The notes beneath the pieces were generated by a model, which did not search any database, was not told the origin of the DNA, and saw only the letters and a program-made list of their open reading frames with translations. DNA of 63,931 bases, the filler included, from Octopus bimaculoides (lineage: Eukaryota): NCBI RefSeq assembly GCF_001194135.2. It is 6 parts of 6 records of this genome, joined end to end, with 100 filler letters (N's around TTAATTAATTAA, not from the genome) between each part and the next. Parts side by side here need not be neighbours in the genome. Positions count along the whole stretch, not along the records: positions 1 to 20,172 come from NC_068984.1; 5 more parts are not named here. The stretch is one strand, 5' to 3'. The position numbers were made by a program, and so were the translations under genes. Below are positions 1 to 13,948 of this stretch, in pieces (the stretch's first letter is position 1; each line of letters begins with the position of its first letter).

Positions 1-33
<33 letters not shown>

Positions 34-276
34 GTAAACAGAGTTAGCGGTTATAATTACTGACTAAGGGATAAAATATCTGTATATACTATCGGTGTCC
101 ATTACTCGTGTTATCTCTGGGCATTGGTGTATTGGTGTGCAGGCACACTATGCACGTTGAGTGCAGGTACCAACAGGATAAACAAGAGTTTATCAGAAAA
201 AAATATAAATAATCAGAAAATTGAGAAAGCCTCAGATCAAAAAAACACATCGATTGGACCACATTTATATTATTTA

Positions 277-311
<35 letters not shown>

Positions 312-481
312 GTGTGTATGTATGCATGTATGTATATATATATGAATATATATGTATGCATGTATATATATATGTATATATGTATACATACATATGTATA
401 TATATATGTACATATATATATGTATATATATGTGTGTATATATATGTATGTATATATATATATATGTATATATATATACAT
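1..481. repeat. (TA)n and compound TA/TATG microsatellites (1-30, 270-481)
   Basis: Direct dinucleotide and tetranucleotide runs; source of the YIYI ORFs. Confidence 0.95.
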
Positions 482-753
482 ATGACCATGACATCACTCC
501 TGTGTTCAAAAGTGTATCTGAGAGTGGCTGATGAGTTCAAGCAGCATTAAGTACCCTATTGCAGATTAGACATAGTACAGTCAAAGAAATGTGTATTTCC
601 ATAGATCCTGCAATTTTGGATAGTATCTATGTAAATACTCATTTCTTTGACACTACTCTTCTTTGACCTTTGCACCCAAAATATAAAGGGTTTTTTTAGA
701 ACTTTCTGCATTGTTAGAAGCTTTCTTTATTTCTCATTTCATTCATCATTCTA

Positions 754-1356
754 CTTCTGTACTACAATACTTCAAGTGAATTATAACACTCTTCTTTACA
801 AACAGTGTGTCTAGAACTACATTATTCAATCCAATGTGTCTTTTTTTATTATTTTAGCCAGTTGGATACAACATGTGGCAGATTTGGATCCTTCTTCTAG
901 TAGGTGACAAACAGAGGCAACACTACTGACAATGTCTATATATAAGTTAAATGTAAGTGCAGTTTGAGAAGTAAGCACTAATGTTTTGAGGAGTCTTTCC
1001 TGTTTCCATCAAGGGGACCCTTCATTAAGAAGCATTAGTCTCTATTTCATCTCACAACACATCAACATACTGCTGTTTCATTTTTATTTCCTCTCTAAAT
1101 TTTGCTGATGTAGACCTGTCTTCCCATTCTAGTATTTGTCTTATGAAATGGCTTTATTAACTTCAGAAAATATATTATTCAGCTGATGTCAGTTTAGTGA
1201 GATGAGCAGTTAACATTAAAACAGAACATATTTTCTTTACAAATATCTAGCGTTATTGACAGGTTTATAGACACATTGGATTGAATAATGTAGTTCTAGA
1301 CACACTGTGTGTAAAGAAGAATGCTATAATTCACTTGAAGCCTTGTAGTACAGAAG
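754..1356. repeat. 88-bp inverted repeat pair (754-841 / 1269-1356) with 427-bp spacer, possibly a MITE
   Basis: Manual reverse-complement alignment, 5 mismatches in 88 nt; no TSD found. Confidence 0.85.
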
Positions 1357-2037
1357 GGTTCTGTTTAAAAACAATGAATAAAAGGGGCAATGGATGACAT
1401 AATCAAGAGTGTCAGACAAAAATGTTCTACAGTATTTAGCTACATGCCTTTAAATTCTGCATTCAAGCCCTTTGAAGTTGAGTTTACTTTTCATTGTTCT
1501 TAGGCTGACAGAATATATTCAAGTCAAATTTGCAGCCATGTGTCTGTGTTATTCTGGAAACAGGTTACTAAACTGGTCACACAAGAGTAGCGACCATGAG
1601 GCAGTCTGACTTGCAAGGAATTGCACATTCCACTCCTTAATGCAAAGGTTGCTCCATGTATATGTCTATTCATCACACATGAGTTAAAAGTTATAATAAT
1701 TTTGTTTGCATTCCATGAAAAGAAAAACCGTTAAAGACAATGGGACAGGGGCTTGAGGTGCAAAGCCTGTTCAGGTACAGTCGATATCTGTTCTTCTGTA
1801 GCATACCAAGGTAGATGCCTCACACTTTTTCTTTTTCCCTCAATTGACTTTCGCCACTTCAAACATTACTAGTGACTTCAAAATTCTTATAATTTTTATT
1901 GAATTGAAAGTTAAGTTGATATTCTTTTCTCCAGAAAGTAAAAGAGAGATCAAAAAACGAACACCAACCCATCTGAGGAATGTACTTCTCTCCACAGATT
2001 ATTGGTATTTTATCCGCAGCTTTTTAAGGAACAAAAG

Positions 2038-2152
2038 AAAATAAGTACTGAGTTTTCTAAAAAAAATTAGTGTTGAGGTCAGTTTGTTCAACTGGACCCT
2101 TCAAGGCAGTACCCCAGCACAACCACCGTTCAATGACTGAAACAAGTAAAAG
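2038..2152 (+). mobile_element. 3' tail of composite CORE-type SINE
   Basis: ccccagcac...aatgactgaaacaagtaaaag matches the tail at 47990-48060. Confidence 0.7.
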
Positions 2153-3245
2153 ATGATATATATATATATATATANNNNNNNNNNNNNNNNNNNNNNNNNN
2201 NNNNNNNNNNNNNNNNNNNNNNNNNNNNNNNNNNNNNNNNNNNNNNNNNNNNNNNNNNNNNNNNNNNNNNNNNNNNNNNNNNNNNNNNNNNNNNNNNNNN
2301 NNNNNNNNNNNNNNNNNNNNNNNNNNNNNNNNNNNNNNNNNNNNNNNNNNNNNNNNNNNNNNNNNNNNNNNNNNNNNNNNNNNNNNNNNNNNNNNNNNNN
2401 NNNNNNNNNNNNNNNNNNNNNNNNNNNNNNNNNNNNNNNNNNNNNNNNNNNNNNNNNNNNNNNNNNNNNNNNNNNNNNNNNNNNNNNNNNNNNNNNNNNN
2501 NNNNNNNNNNNNNNNNNNNNNNNNNNNNNNNNNNNNNNNNNNNNNNNNNNNNNNNNNNNNNNNNNNNNNNNNNNNNNNNNNNNNNNNNNNNNNNNNNNNN
2601 NNNNNNNNNNNNNNNNNNNNNNNNNNNNNNNNNNNNNNNNNNNNNNNNNNNNNNNNNNNNNNNNNNNNNNNNNNNNNNNNNNNNNNNNNNNNNNNNNNNN
2701 NNNNNNNNNNNNNNNNNNNNNNNNNNNNNNNNNNNNNNNNNNNNNNNNNNNNNNNNNNNNNNNNNNNNNNNNNNNNNNNNNNNNNNNNNNNNNNNNNNNN
2801 NNNNNNNNNNNNNNNNNNNNNNNNNNNNNNNNNNNNNNNNNNNNNNNNNNNNNNNNNNNNNNNNNNNNNNNNNNNNNNNNNNNNNNNNNNNNNNNNNNNN
2901 NNNNNNNNNNNNNNNNNNNNNNNNNNNNNNNNNNNNNNNNNNNNNNNNNNNNNNNNNNNNNNNNNNNNNNNNNNNNNNNNNNNNNNNNNNNNNNNNNNNN
3001 NNNNACACTACAAAGTTCATACAAAGCTTTATACTTTAAATATATTTTATCATCAAAGAATGTATATATGCATTTTAATACTCAGACTGTTTTTTAACAT
3101 TTTTTATTATTCTCAAAGACTTTTGATAATCTTTTTCTAAAAAAGTGAAACCGGTTAAGTAAATAAATATTTTTTAAAAATAAGTGCATTTTCAAACTTT
3201 CTTTCATATATATTTCCACTCGTGCGGTATTCCACAACTTTACTT

Positions 3246-3277
<32 letters not shown>

Positions 3278-3287
<10 letters not shown>

Positions 3288-3474
3288 TTGTGTCTTTGTT
3301 CTGTGTTTGTCCCTCAATCACTGCTTGACAACTGGTGTTGGTGTTTTTACATCCCTGTAACTTAGCAGTTCAGCAATAGAGACCAATAGAATAAGTACCA
3401 AGCTTAAAAAATAAGTACTGAGGTTTATTCATTCAAATAAAAATTAAAGGTCATGCCCCAGCATGGCTGCAGTC
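3278..3474 (+). mobile_element. Composite CORE-type SINE, 3' half, CpG-decayed
   Basis: Aligns to 47870-48060 and to the reverse complement of 48241-48430. Confidence 0.8.
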
Positions 3475-3499
3475 TCTTTCAATGAGAGCTTTTTCTGCA

Positions 3500-4250
3500 G
3501 TAATTAAAAAATCTTAGAAAGATGAAAATGGCCCAAATTTTAAAATTAATTTCAAGATTCAAAGAACTTTACACAGAGATAGTGCTACAAATCTACTTTA
3601 AGCAACTATCTGATTGTAGTTGCTGCAAGGATACACCCAGACAGCATGATATAATGTTGGAGACTCTAAAGATAAGATAATAGTTAAAAAAACAAATATG
3701 TGAAGCTTGAAGCTTCAAATAATAGAGGGAGCAGGCAATCTTTTTCAGAAACTAGACTCAGTAACTAACAGCTAAACTGATTTAATAAAGAAAAGATTTT
3801 CAATTGTTTGACAGTGAAGGAATGAGAGAGAAACGGGAAGTCTTCCCCCACCCCCTATTTAAATCATTAAGAGGTAAAATGCTGGAACATTCAATAATAA
3901 GCTGCAGGGCAGTATGACATGAAAGCAAGTACTTAACAGAAAATGAAAGTTTGATAAAAAAACAAAAAAATTTTGACCAAGAAGTATAATCCATTATACT
4001 TGATGGAACATTATTGAACAAAGAAATTAAGAAAATGTAAACAGAGAAAACTGCAGGGCTCATAGCTAAAAGTTACAGGTATGCTAAAAGCCTCAAGTCA
4101 ACTTGGAAATAATGTGTTAGCTTTGAAGAAGCTCAGTATCCACATCAATGGTTAAGACTAATATTGTCCAATTATACATACGTGACTACAGATGATTAAC
4201 AGTAACAGACTAAGTGATGATTGAGGGAACCTACAATTTAAAAGGTAGAG
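3500..4250 (+). mobile_element. Highly degraded RTE-like LINE relic
   Basis: IKKM*TEKTAG at about 4027-4059 resembles the pre-RT (IKKMKxGKAxG) motif; many stops and frameshifts. Confidence 0.4.
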
Positions 4251-5051
4251 TATAGAGTTTAGGTTTATGCCAGACAAAGAATGACAGTGGGAATGCTTTT
4301 AGTGAGTAAGTTTTTAAGGGAATCTAATCCTTTCAGAAACTATAGGAATCCATAAGATCAGTGTTTTATTTCTGAAGGAGAATTAATTATAATGTTTTCA
4401 TTAATTTAGTGTGAAAACATATGAATATATCAAATAGGCATAGGCAGTGTAAAGAAAGAATAAATGGTGAACTGAAACATATTGGAATACAATGAAAATC
4501 CTCTGCAAAACAGTGATGGAAAAGAAGTAAAAAGAACATCTCACAGATAGGATATTTCCTCCTATGTGTATGAAATGAATATTCATTTTTCAACACCAGG
4601 AATATGTGGCATTAATGTTAGGTTACTAAATAGCTGGTAGAAGATTTATATTAAAAGTACAACTAAAGCTGGTTTTAAGGACAAGAGAAAACAGAATGAA
4701 AACAGTAGATAAGAATCTGGTAGTAGTGTTAGTGATAGTAGTAGAATAAGCTGAAACTCCAGCTAGAAAATTTTAATAAAAAGAGACACTAGTGTAAATA
4801 TAAAAATAAGAAATAAAAACAAAAAATACTTGACAAGTAATCTGATCTAAGGTTTATATTGAATGAGAAAAGTGGTGAAGAGATGAAGTAGGTTCTGATT
4901 CTAGATAAGAAAACCAAACAGCAGGAAGGAAATATTCAAGCCCAATGGAAGATCAACTGAAAATGTCATAATAAAAATTAGCTTCCTTCATTTTTCACCA
5001 CAAACACTTAGAACCATGAAATTATAAACAAGTGATTTACTTATCACTCAT

Positions 5052-5054
<3 letters not shown>

Positions 5055-5128
<74 letters not shown>
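5055..5128. repeat. (TG)n microsatellite
   Basis: Direct. Confidence 0.95.
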
Positions 5129-5129
<1 letters not shown>

Positions 5130-5159
5130 CTTTGTAGTGTTTTATTAGTGAAGCAAGGA

Positions 5160-6400
5160 AGGGGGCAGGGCTCGTGACCTTTGCAAGCCTTTCTGCATTT
5201 AATATAGTTAAGCTCAGTTTGAAGAGCTGTATGTTGATGTATGCAAGATTTATAGGCTGCTGCAGTTCTAGGGAGCAATTAATGGGGAAAAGTTTGTTTC
5301 AGTATGGAGGTAGATGAATTTCAGTAGAAGTGATAAAAGCAGGAGATACAGTAGTTTTCTCTTAATAGAAGTGGATGAGGGGAGTTGCAGATAACTAGTC
5401 CAGGGGACCAAGGAATCAGCCACCAGTTTAATTGTGTCAGAAGAGACAAAGAGAAGGAACTGCCTGTCTATGAGACAGAAGTTGAAGTTTGTTGACCAGA
5501 GGTCTTTTACCAGTAATCCAAGTAACTTTCTTTTTAATACCATCTGATATTTAACATAACAAACACATGCATAGAAAGAGAGAAAGAGAGAGAGAAACAT
5601 GCCAATACAGGTCCTTTTTCAATTTTGTAAAAGACTACCAAGTGCTGAGAGTTAAATTATTTTCTGACCCCAGTCTTTGGGAAGCACTTTCAGCTACCTT
5701 TTTGGTATGCAAGATCATTGTGAGTGCCTCCTTAGAGACTTTTGAGGACTGGCATTTGTAATAACGTTTATGCATTTAGTAGCATTGTTCATCGATTAGC
5801 AGAGTATAGTGTAAGTCTGTTTCCCAGATGTGTGTTGTGATTGTGACTTTGCAGTGTTAAAAGAGATTAGATTTCCATGTCCCCATGTTCTTGGATGCAG
5901 TACAGAACTTCAGTTTTGCATACAGGCTGTTAAAGGGGATTTAAGGCTGTCGCTATCATGTGCTTATGAATGTATGTTGTTAGAAGAGACTACAAGAAAT
6001 TTAATGCCCTGGAAAAAGAGAGTAGGTATACCAGTATTGAAAATAAGAGTGGATTGGAAAGATTGCTTTCATTGAATATACATAAAAATTCTAGATATGA
6101 GAACAGCTGTTGCTCATGAACATGAAACTTAGCTAACAGGTTCTCAAACCAGATATCATCAATAATATTGTTGTCATTGAAGGCAAAAGCATTACTTCTT
6201 CTAAAGGACAAGCGACCACTAGTACATGATATAAGAGAGCAAGTCATTAATAGATTTGGCTCTGCAAAAACTATTTCATTGGTCTCTGGGGAGTTAAAAA
6301 GATTCAAGGGGATGATGAAGATGCTTGCTTACTATCAAGTCTATCACTTTTGAGATGTTAAAAAGAAAGAGCAATAAATCCATAGCTGGCAGAGCCAAAA
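5160..6400 (-). mobile_element. Degraded CR1/L2-like LINE, RT to 3' end
   Basis: Minus-strand peptides IDDIWFENLLAKF (about AFDRVWHENLLAKL), IHS*AHDS (about IHSYADD) and LPRTAA (about FPRTAxLWN) occur in RT order. Confidence 0.7.
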
Positions 6401-6960
6401 AGGTTGCTCTGCTTGAGAATAAAACAGTCTATAGCATGTTTCCATAGACTCTGAAGTGGGAAAATATTTCAGATTTGGTAAGGATAAAATCTCAAGCTTA
6501 CTCTGGAGTGAGATAACGGAAGGCATATTGTCAGGTCCTCTTCTCTTTTAGAATTGGAGTAACTGAAGCAGTTTGCACACTTGATAGCTATGCATGCATA
6601 GTGGAGAGACAAAAATGAAGTAAAGGAGTATTTGGGAAGAGTTAAACATGCCAAAGCAAGACAATGAAAGTGGTACACAGATTTAAATGTGAAGAGGTAA
6701 AGGAGAAGAAAAGATATTAAAACATAGCAAAGTTTGTGACATCACTGTGTCTTTAATTATCTCAATCTCATATTTCCAACCTCTCTCTCCCTTTCTCTTT
6801 CTCACTCTCTTTCCCTCTCTCTCTCTCTCCTCCATTTGAAGTGTTTTTGAACTGCATCTAACTATATAAAATAATGGCATCTTCAGTGGGAAAGTATCAT
6901 TTTCCTACAAGAACAGAAAAAATGCGAAGATTTGTATATAAGAATGTATATATTTATGTA

Positions 6961-7014
6961 TTTGTATGTGATCATGTATGTATATATATGTATATATGTG
7001 TATATGTGAATGTT

Positions 7015-7070
<56 letters not shown>

Positions 7071-7093
7071 AATGTTTATATATATATATATAT

Positions 7094-7153
<60 letters not shown>
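6961..7153. repeat. Compound (TA)n/(TG)n microsatellite
   Basis: Direct. Confidence 0.95.
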
Positions 7154-7155
<2 letters not shown>

Positions 7156-8184
7156 TTTGTAGGAAACATAAATCCAAAAGAAGAAGCACACTCTAAGATG
7201 TAGAGCAGTATATATTAAAAATGGGGGAGTCCGGTTTATGGGATTACCTTAGGTTTCCCATCCATAAAGGGTTTATCTTTATGGCATATCGTCAGATCCC
7301 AAAACCTGTTAGCCCATGACCACTTCATAATATGGAGCGGGGAAATGCCTCACTACTCAAAGGTAAATAATTGGGGATTATCTCCCTTCGCTCTTGGCTA
7401 TTGACTTCTGGCTGTGCCACTGTCTTGTGGGCTCCGTATGTATGTATATTTATATGTGTGTGTGTATGTATTTCATTGGTGATAATGTGCATGTACAAGC
7501 ATGGGATGGTCAGCAAATAGCACTAAGAGAGACCAGACCCTAAAACTGCAACTCCTTCTTCAAAGTGAGGTAATCCAGAAGTAGAAAAGTCAGCTAAAAC
7601 AGTTAAACTCAAGCATATATTGAAGAAGAATTACAGACAAATAATAATAGGTGTAAGGGATCTATTTATATGAAAAATTGCATATAGAATTTACATTATG
7701 TAAGCGAGTCTTGACTTTACAGCTGTTTCAAATAATCTAGGAATGGTTGATATACAAGTGCAATACTGATGCAGTATTACTCATAACAGTAAAGAGTGTA
7801 TCAATGAGCATGAAATTTGGTGGCTGAGCATCTATGTGTGACACACTCACAAGATTTTCTTCAGAAGACAAAGAACACAACTTCTGAAGGAAATGTTGTG
7901 AATCTATTGCATTGAGATTCTCAGTCATTAAGACTGAAGTGACAGCAGCAGAAAATGCTCAGTTATGTGAGAGTCATACATGGACTTTATAGAATGTCTA
8001 CAATTCTAGCCCTAAAAGGTGGGGGGAAGGGAAAAATCTTTAGGATACAGTTTCCGCAGTGTTATACAGGTGGTGTGATTGGCCACATGTAATCATCAAC
8101 TGTGCACCTATGCTCTGTATGTGTATGTGAGAGAGAGAGAGAGCACATGTGAATGGATCTCTGTCACTTTTGACAATGAGTATT

Positions 8185-8325
8185 TCAGTTGATTGATCAA
8201 CTCACCCACTTGTATCCATAGGGTAAGTGAGTGTTTCACAGACACTTGTACCCTTAATGTAATCTTTAGACAGAAACACCATAACCCAGTGTGGTTGTAG
8301 CAAAGTTGGCACCTTTGAATTACTG
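8185..8325 (-). mobile_element. Old relic of the (AAC)n-tailed tRNA SINE
   Basis: cagttgattgatcaac...cacagacacttgtacccttaa matches 17835-17920. Confidence 0.55.
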
Positions 8326-8643
8326 GTAGTAAGGGTTACAGATATGGTTGCTTGGTTAAAAAATTTACTTTGCCGTTATGAGATACTGGGTTCAATCTTA
8401 CTGCATAACATCTTAGACAATCTTCTTTTACCAAAGCCTCAAGTCAGTCTATGTCTTGAAAGCAAAACAGAACTCTGAGGAAATCCATTGGATGGACTGT
8501 AGTTGTATCTCAAAGAACAAGCCATGTGGCACAGTATGTCATACTGAATTTACCTGAGGGTACATGTGGCTGTGAAATACTCAACCACTTACAGTGTAAT
8601 TCAATGGTTTTGTAGTTGAGTTGATTAATCAAGTTATAGACTC

Positions 8644-8732
8644 ACTGGGGTTGATTTGTTTGACTAAAACCTTCAAGTCGATACCCCAGCATGGCCACAA
8701 TCTAATGACTGAAGCAAGTAAAAGAGTAAGAG
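8644..8732 (+). mobile_element. CORE-type SINE 3' tail
   Basis: ggggttgatttgtttgactaaa...ccccagcatggcc...aagtaaaagag. Confidence 0.7.
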
Positions 8733-8821
8733 ATCCATACATTTCATATTTGTGTGTGTGTGTGTGTGTGTGTGTTTGTATGTAGGCACTTGCTAATGGT
8801 CCTGCTGGCCATTTAATAATC

Positions 8822-9033
8822 TTTTCTACAAGAAGCACAAGGCCTGAAATTTCAGGGGTGGGGAATAGCTGATTAAATCGCCCCCATCCCACTTGACTGG
8901 TACTTATTTCATAGACCCCTAAAGGATGAAACTCAAAGTCAAACTTGGTGGCATTTGAACTCAGAACGTAATACCAGAAGGGATGCTGCTAAGCATTCTG
9001 TCCTACACAGTAATAATCCTGCCAGTTTTACCA
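8822..9033 (-). mobile_element. tRNA-derived SINE (gtcgactttgcctttcatcc family), CpG-decayed
   Basis: Reverse complement aligns to 59188-59330 and to the tail type at 46800-46850. Confidence 0.75.
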
Positions 9034-10450
9034 TTTACTAATGCCTCCTTCATTCAACTGATAATTTAAGTATGCTCTTGGTAATCCTAAGAGTTTGTAG
9101 TGCTGTAAATCTGCACAAAAAGAAACAATCCTTGTGATTCATTCATCATTACATTTTTCATTGTAACACTGTCTTTTATTCTTCAGGAAACTGCTCCTTC
9201 ATTCTACAACTTGCTTCCAGACTCAATAAGCTCTTTACATTATTTTTACTTATTCAAACCTTAGAATCTGAATCTGATTTATCAACAAACCCACTAAATT
9301 TACTATAACTAAATAAAGGCAATTAATTATCTGCTGGACTTCTCTAGCATTATGAAATCAAAGATGGCAAAGGTATTATAATGAAAATGAGTAATGTGAA
9401 GTAAATGGAAAATATACAGAGGTTTATTGTTGATAGATTAGAATGTTATATGAAAGGAATTTATTAATTCTAAGATCCATGAATCACATTTTGGTGTAGA
9501 TATTACAGATTGATATGGTGAAATAGATAGAAACTGTTTGAAAATCTTAGATAAACAGTTTAAGATGAAGTTACAAAAGTAAGAAATTACTTTTTTTTAA
9601 CTTAACTTATGGTTTTATATAACTTAGAGAATATTTATATCATTGTGTGTGTGTGTCAGTGTGATGTTAATGTACAATTTATTAATGAAAGAAAATATAA
9701 TAAACTAAAGCACTATATAGACTGATTTATTTAATCAAATCTGGATTTCTAGCATTTTAAAGATTCTCAAAGTTTTAAAGAAGGTTGCTTCATAGGAGAC
9801 TCTTGTAAGTTGTTAAATGTGGAGAAAATGCTCAGAATCCTAATTAAGAGAATTGATGAGCAATGTTAAAAGAATAAACAATTCTTTTATTGAGATTAGG
9901 TGTCAGCTACATGGGTTTAGAACAGCAGTTACTGTTGACCACAATTAATACTATTTACAAATAATACTATGTAGCAGGGGTCAGTTGTTGGATTTATAAA
10001 AGAATCCATAACTTGAGTTCTGGACATACTATGTTTCAACCTGGTTTTGGACAATCATTACAACCTGTCATACAAATTTTTGATTGTATTTGATCCAGTA
10101 TTCCATTTGTTATCAAGTCTTTCTTTGCATACCCACAGATTTTTCAAGGATAAACTGCTGAAGGGTTAAGAAGGTTGACTTTATCAATGTTGGATAGCTG
10201 CAATATGTTGAAATTTATTTAAGAGTGTCTGCCACATAGCATAGACCTTTGGTTAAGAGAGTTTATATTGACAGTAATTTTAATGACTATGTTTATTTGG
10301 GTCAGATAAGAAAAATCTGTGTCCTTTCCAAATTTAACTCTCTTTAAAAGCAACATGTATAAAAATGTCTATGTTAAAAATGTTCATATTTAAACTAAAA
10401 TTTCATTACAAACATAAATGATAATATGAAATTCCAACGTATGATGTTAC

Positions 10451-10770
10451 AAATAGAAAAAAAAGAAAATTAGACATATCTCCTTTGACCATTATGCCAT
10501 AATTAACCTAGTTGTTGTAGGATAATTCAATGCAGAGGGATCCAAAGTCTGCGAGATAGCTGCCCAATCGGAGAGGGTGGTGTTCTCCAATTTGCCAGAA
10601 GAAAATGCAAACATATGAACAAATTTCTTTTAGCGAACTGGAGGACACTATCCTCTTTGGATTAAGCAGCTGTCTTGGACCCCTCCTCAGTGAATTATTC
10701 TACAATTAACGTTAATTATGGCTTTATGGTCAAAGGGAACATAAATCTAATTTTCGTTTCTTTTTCTGTT
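10451..10770. repeat. Old ~320-bp palindrome (foldback), centre about 10607-10621
   Basis: gaaaattagacatatctcctttgaccattatgccataattaac versus reverse complement of gttaattatggctttatggtcaaagggaacataaatctaattttc; roughly 75% identity by eye. Confidence 0.75.
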
Positions 10771-10924
10771 TTTATTCACCCTTCCACTTTTTGCATCTAC
10801 CTTCTCATTTTTCCTTGTGATTTCTCTTGTACCAGCATCCTGATTTGAAAATTGAATAGACCATGTGTTCAGAGCCCAAAGATTGCTTGGAGACATAAGG
10901 CATGTTATAAAAATCTGTCAAGAC

Positions 10925-10961
<37 letters not shown>

Positions 10962-13021
10962 TAAATCTGCTTTATCAGAACTGATCTGAGACAAAGCAAT
11001 AATAACCTTTTAGAAATATAATCATGAAAAGATTAAATAGTTTCTAGTTTCTTAGTTGTTTTGCAGGGTTTATGCGTATATGGTGTGGCAAAATTGTTTT
11101 CAAGTAACATTTTTGACATTTTGTTAAATAATAAAATAATAATTGTTATTTTTAAGTTACTCAACTTGGCAATCATTTGTGATTTGATGAATAATTAATC
11201 ATCATGACATACAGCTAATTAGATTGATTTATAATTTCCTGATGAACTTTTGAGGCAGCAAGTAGATCACAAAGTGTAATTTTCAAGAGAGATAGTAGAA
11301 AAGAGCTGAAAGTGATATTTAGCTGATATGAATAATAAACATAATGGCATGCAGAACTTAATGATCCAGTGAATTGGAGCTGAGAACAAAATCAGTTTGT
11401 TGATACTCCCTGAGGCAGTGCTTCCTACAATGTCTGTCTCATGCTCTGCTGCCTTCTACAACAGACTTGACACTATTATAAAGACTCAGCCATTTTTATA
11501 GCAGTGTCAATAAGGTGGTGTTGAATTCTATTTGCCACACAGTGCAGCATCATATGTAATAAAAAGATGAGACTAGGTCAGTCAATTGTTCCAAAGAGGT
11601 CATTTTAATTGTGTTCGCTGGAGAAATGTTAAAATAAAAACCTATTCAACATAATATTATTCCCATCATAAAGAATTTACTTTAAATACATTGATCAATA
11701 TAATTGCTATTAACAAATACCAAAGATCTAACATATGTAAACTATTGATTTCTTCCAGTCTCATCATTATTCCAACTGAAATGTTTCTATCAAAACCTTG
11801 TCTCATTTAAAATGTGTCTGTAGAAACATCCAGATTGTGGTATATAGTTCTAATGAAAATTATGTTATTCTCCATAATACATATAATAAGAAATTCTAAA
11901 AATTCATCAAAAGAGCATTATTTTTATCACTGATAATACACCTCAAAAATAAATACAAACCTTGACTTAATTCATTTTCAATTGCTGAAAAAACATATTA
12001 TGAAACTTTAACTAATTCTGTGTTCTAGAAATATAAAGAATAAATTGAACTTTTTAAATGTATATTACCACTTCTTTACACAATAAACATCTAAATAAAG
12101 ATGTTTTATTATAGGCTTCCTATTGAGTTAGACTATAAAATAAAATAAGAGAGAAAAGATGTAAAAAATTCATTACTTTCTCTCTTTTTTTTTCTTTTTA
12201 AGTACTTCATGAATCTTTTCTGGTTCATGACAGAATATTTTGGTTTATAGAAATAATTTTCTATGGTTTATATATCATCAGAGATATTTGCTGATTGTAA
12301 ATATTTGTTACTTGGTTGTTTTCTTCTTCTAATTTTGTTTTGCATGTTAATATATTAGAAATAACATCAACCATTTGTGAAACAGCTTGAACTATGGTTA
12401 AAGACTGATACTGCATCAGGGTCACTGGGTTTAAATCAAATAGAGAGCTGGAAAGAAAATATGTTGAAAGAGTTGAAAGCTTGGAACATCTGGAGAAATA
12501 ATTCAGCTATCTTACAGTGGTCCATTAGAAAAAATAAATAGTAGTCTTGACAAATCAATATTGTTGTCCCATTATTGTCAACATGCACAGAAATAACAGA
12601 AGACAGATGGCAATGAGTTGAATTATTTATTTTGAAGAAACATTCTAAAATAATTATTTATTATTACATTTACCAGTGAGAGAGCAAGGAAATCTTGCAA
12701 ACAAGGCACCATCATTGTTATTTCCCAGACAATAAGTAAGATTCACTATACACATCACGAAAGCTAAATACCATTTTTAGTGCCATTCACAAGAGAAAAG
12801 AAACCTGTTACTACCTGTCAGGAAATGCCAACATAAAGTCTGATAGGCTGATTATGTAGGATGTTTTAACTAATTCATACCCATAGGCATACAGATACAT
12901 ATGTGATACATTAACATACTCATCCATACATACATACTACATCATTTAAATAGATGGATACATAGATACACATACACACTTAATGCAATGCATCAACATA
13001 TACCAACATATTTCAAGCCCC

Positions 13022-13024
<3 letters not shown>

Positions 13025-13073
<49 letters not shown>

Positions 13074-13102
13074 TCTCTCTCTCTCTCTCCCTCTCTCTCT
13101 CT
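13025..13102. repeat. (CT)n microsatellite
   Basis: Direct. Confidence 0.95.
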
Positions 13103-13548
13103 CCAAATGCAAACTTAACAGATCATTGTCTTTTGCAAATTATTGCTGCTACTATAATATTTATTTACCACTACTTACAAAGGGTAAATGACTATGGAAT
13201 TTCTCAGTTCTCAAGCACATTTTGCAACATAACATTTCCAATATAAGCCAAATAATATTGCCTGATTTTTCCTCTGTAGTCTATTTTCCTGGATCTTGCA
13301 ATCATCATCTCTTATGTTTGCCTCTCTTATTAGTTTATAGATCCCTGATCCATAAGACAGAAATAACCTCTACCATACACATTCACACTTTCTACAAATA
13401 AACATGCGTGCACACGCACGCACACACACACACACACATTTAAACTTATGCAAATTCCTAAAAATATTGGGTTCATCAGCAGTAAGTCTTTTTTTTTTTC
13501 TTCTGCTCTACAAAGGTAAAATGCTCTTCAGTATTAACTACTTCTAAA

Positions 13549-13734
13549 GCAGCAAGCTGGCAGAATCATTACTGCAACAGAAAAAATGCTTAACAGCATT
13601 TCTGCCGACTTTAAATCCTGAGTTGAAACGCTGCCAAGATCGATAAAATAAGTACCAGTTAAGCATTGAGGTCAATGTTATCAACATGTGCTCTGCCCCA
13701 CAATACCTGCCTTGTGCCAAAATTTGAAAGCAAT
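13549..13734 (+). mobile_element. tRNA-derived SINE with internal deletion, decayed
   Basis: gcagcaagctggcagaatc head, gataaaataagtaccagtt core, ccttgtgccaaaatttgaa tail. Confidence 0.7.
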
Positions 13735-13948
13735 ATTAACTTCTTCTTCAGCAAGTAAGTCTGTAACTGAGGTCTGACTATTGAAACACACTCCTACATT
13801 GCACTGTCAAGAAGGAAGTGTGACTTGAACTTTTGGTACCCATTTCTTTAGAATAAATTTCACATATTTACAAGTGTTTACACACACACACGTTATGTAT
13901 GTTTATATATATATATATATGTGTGTGTTATTTTAATATATATATAAT

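Noticed and set aside
527-540. CTGATGA motifs at about 528, 11239, 14674, 20851 and 23889 as hammerheads
   Set aside because: No stem II plus GAAA plus helix III and stem I arrangement follows
1934-2004. Possible upstream exon after ttcttttctccag|
   Set aside because: Donor is weak or ambiguous, no recognisable peptide, no independent support
7225-7285. Two small adjacent hairpins (atggg/cccat; ccataaag/ctttatgg)
   Set aside because: Short stems are expected by chance; no family or second copy recognised
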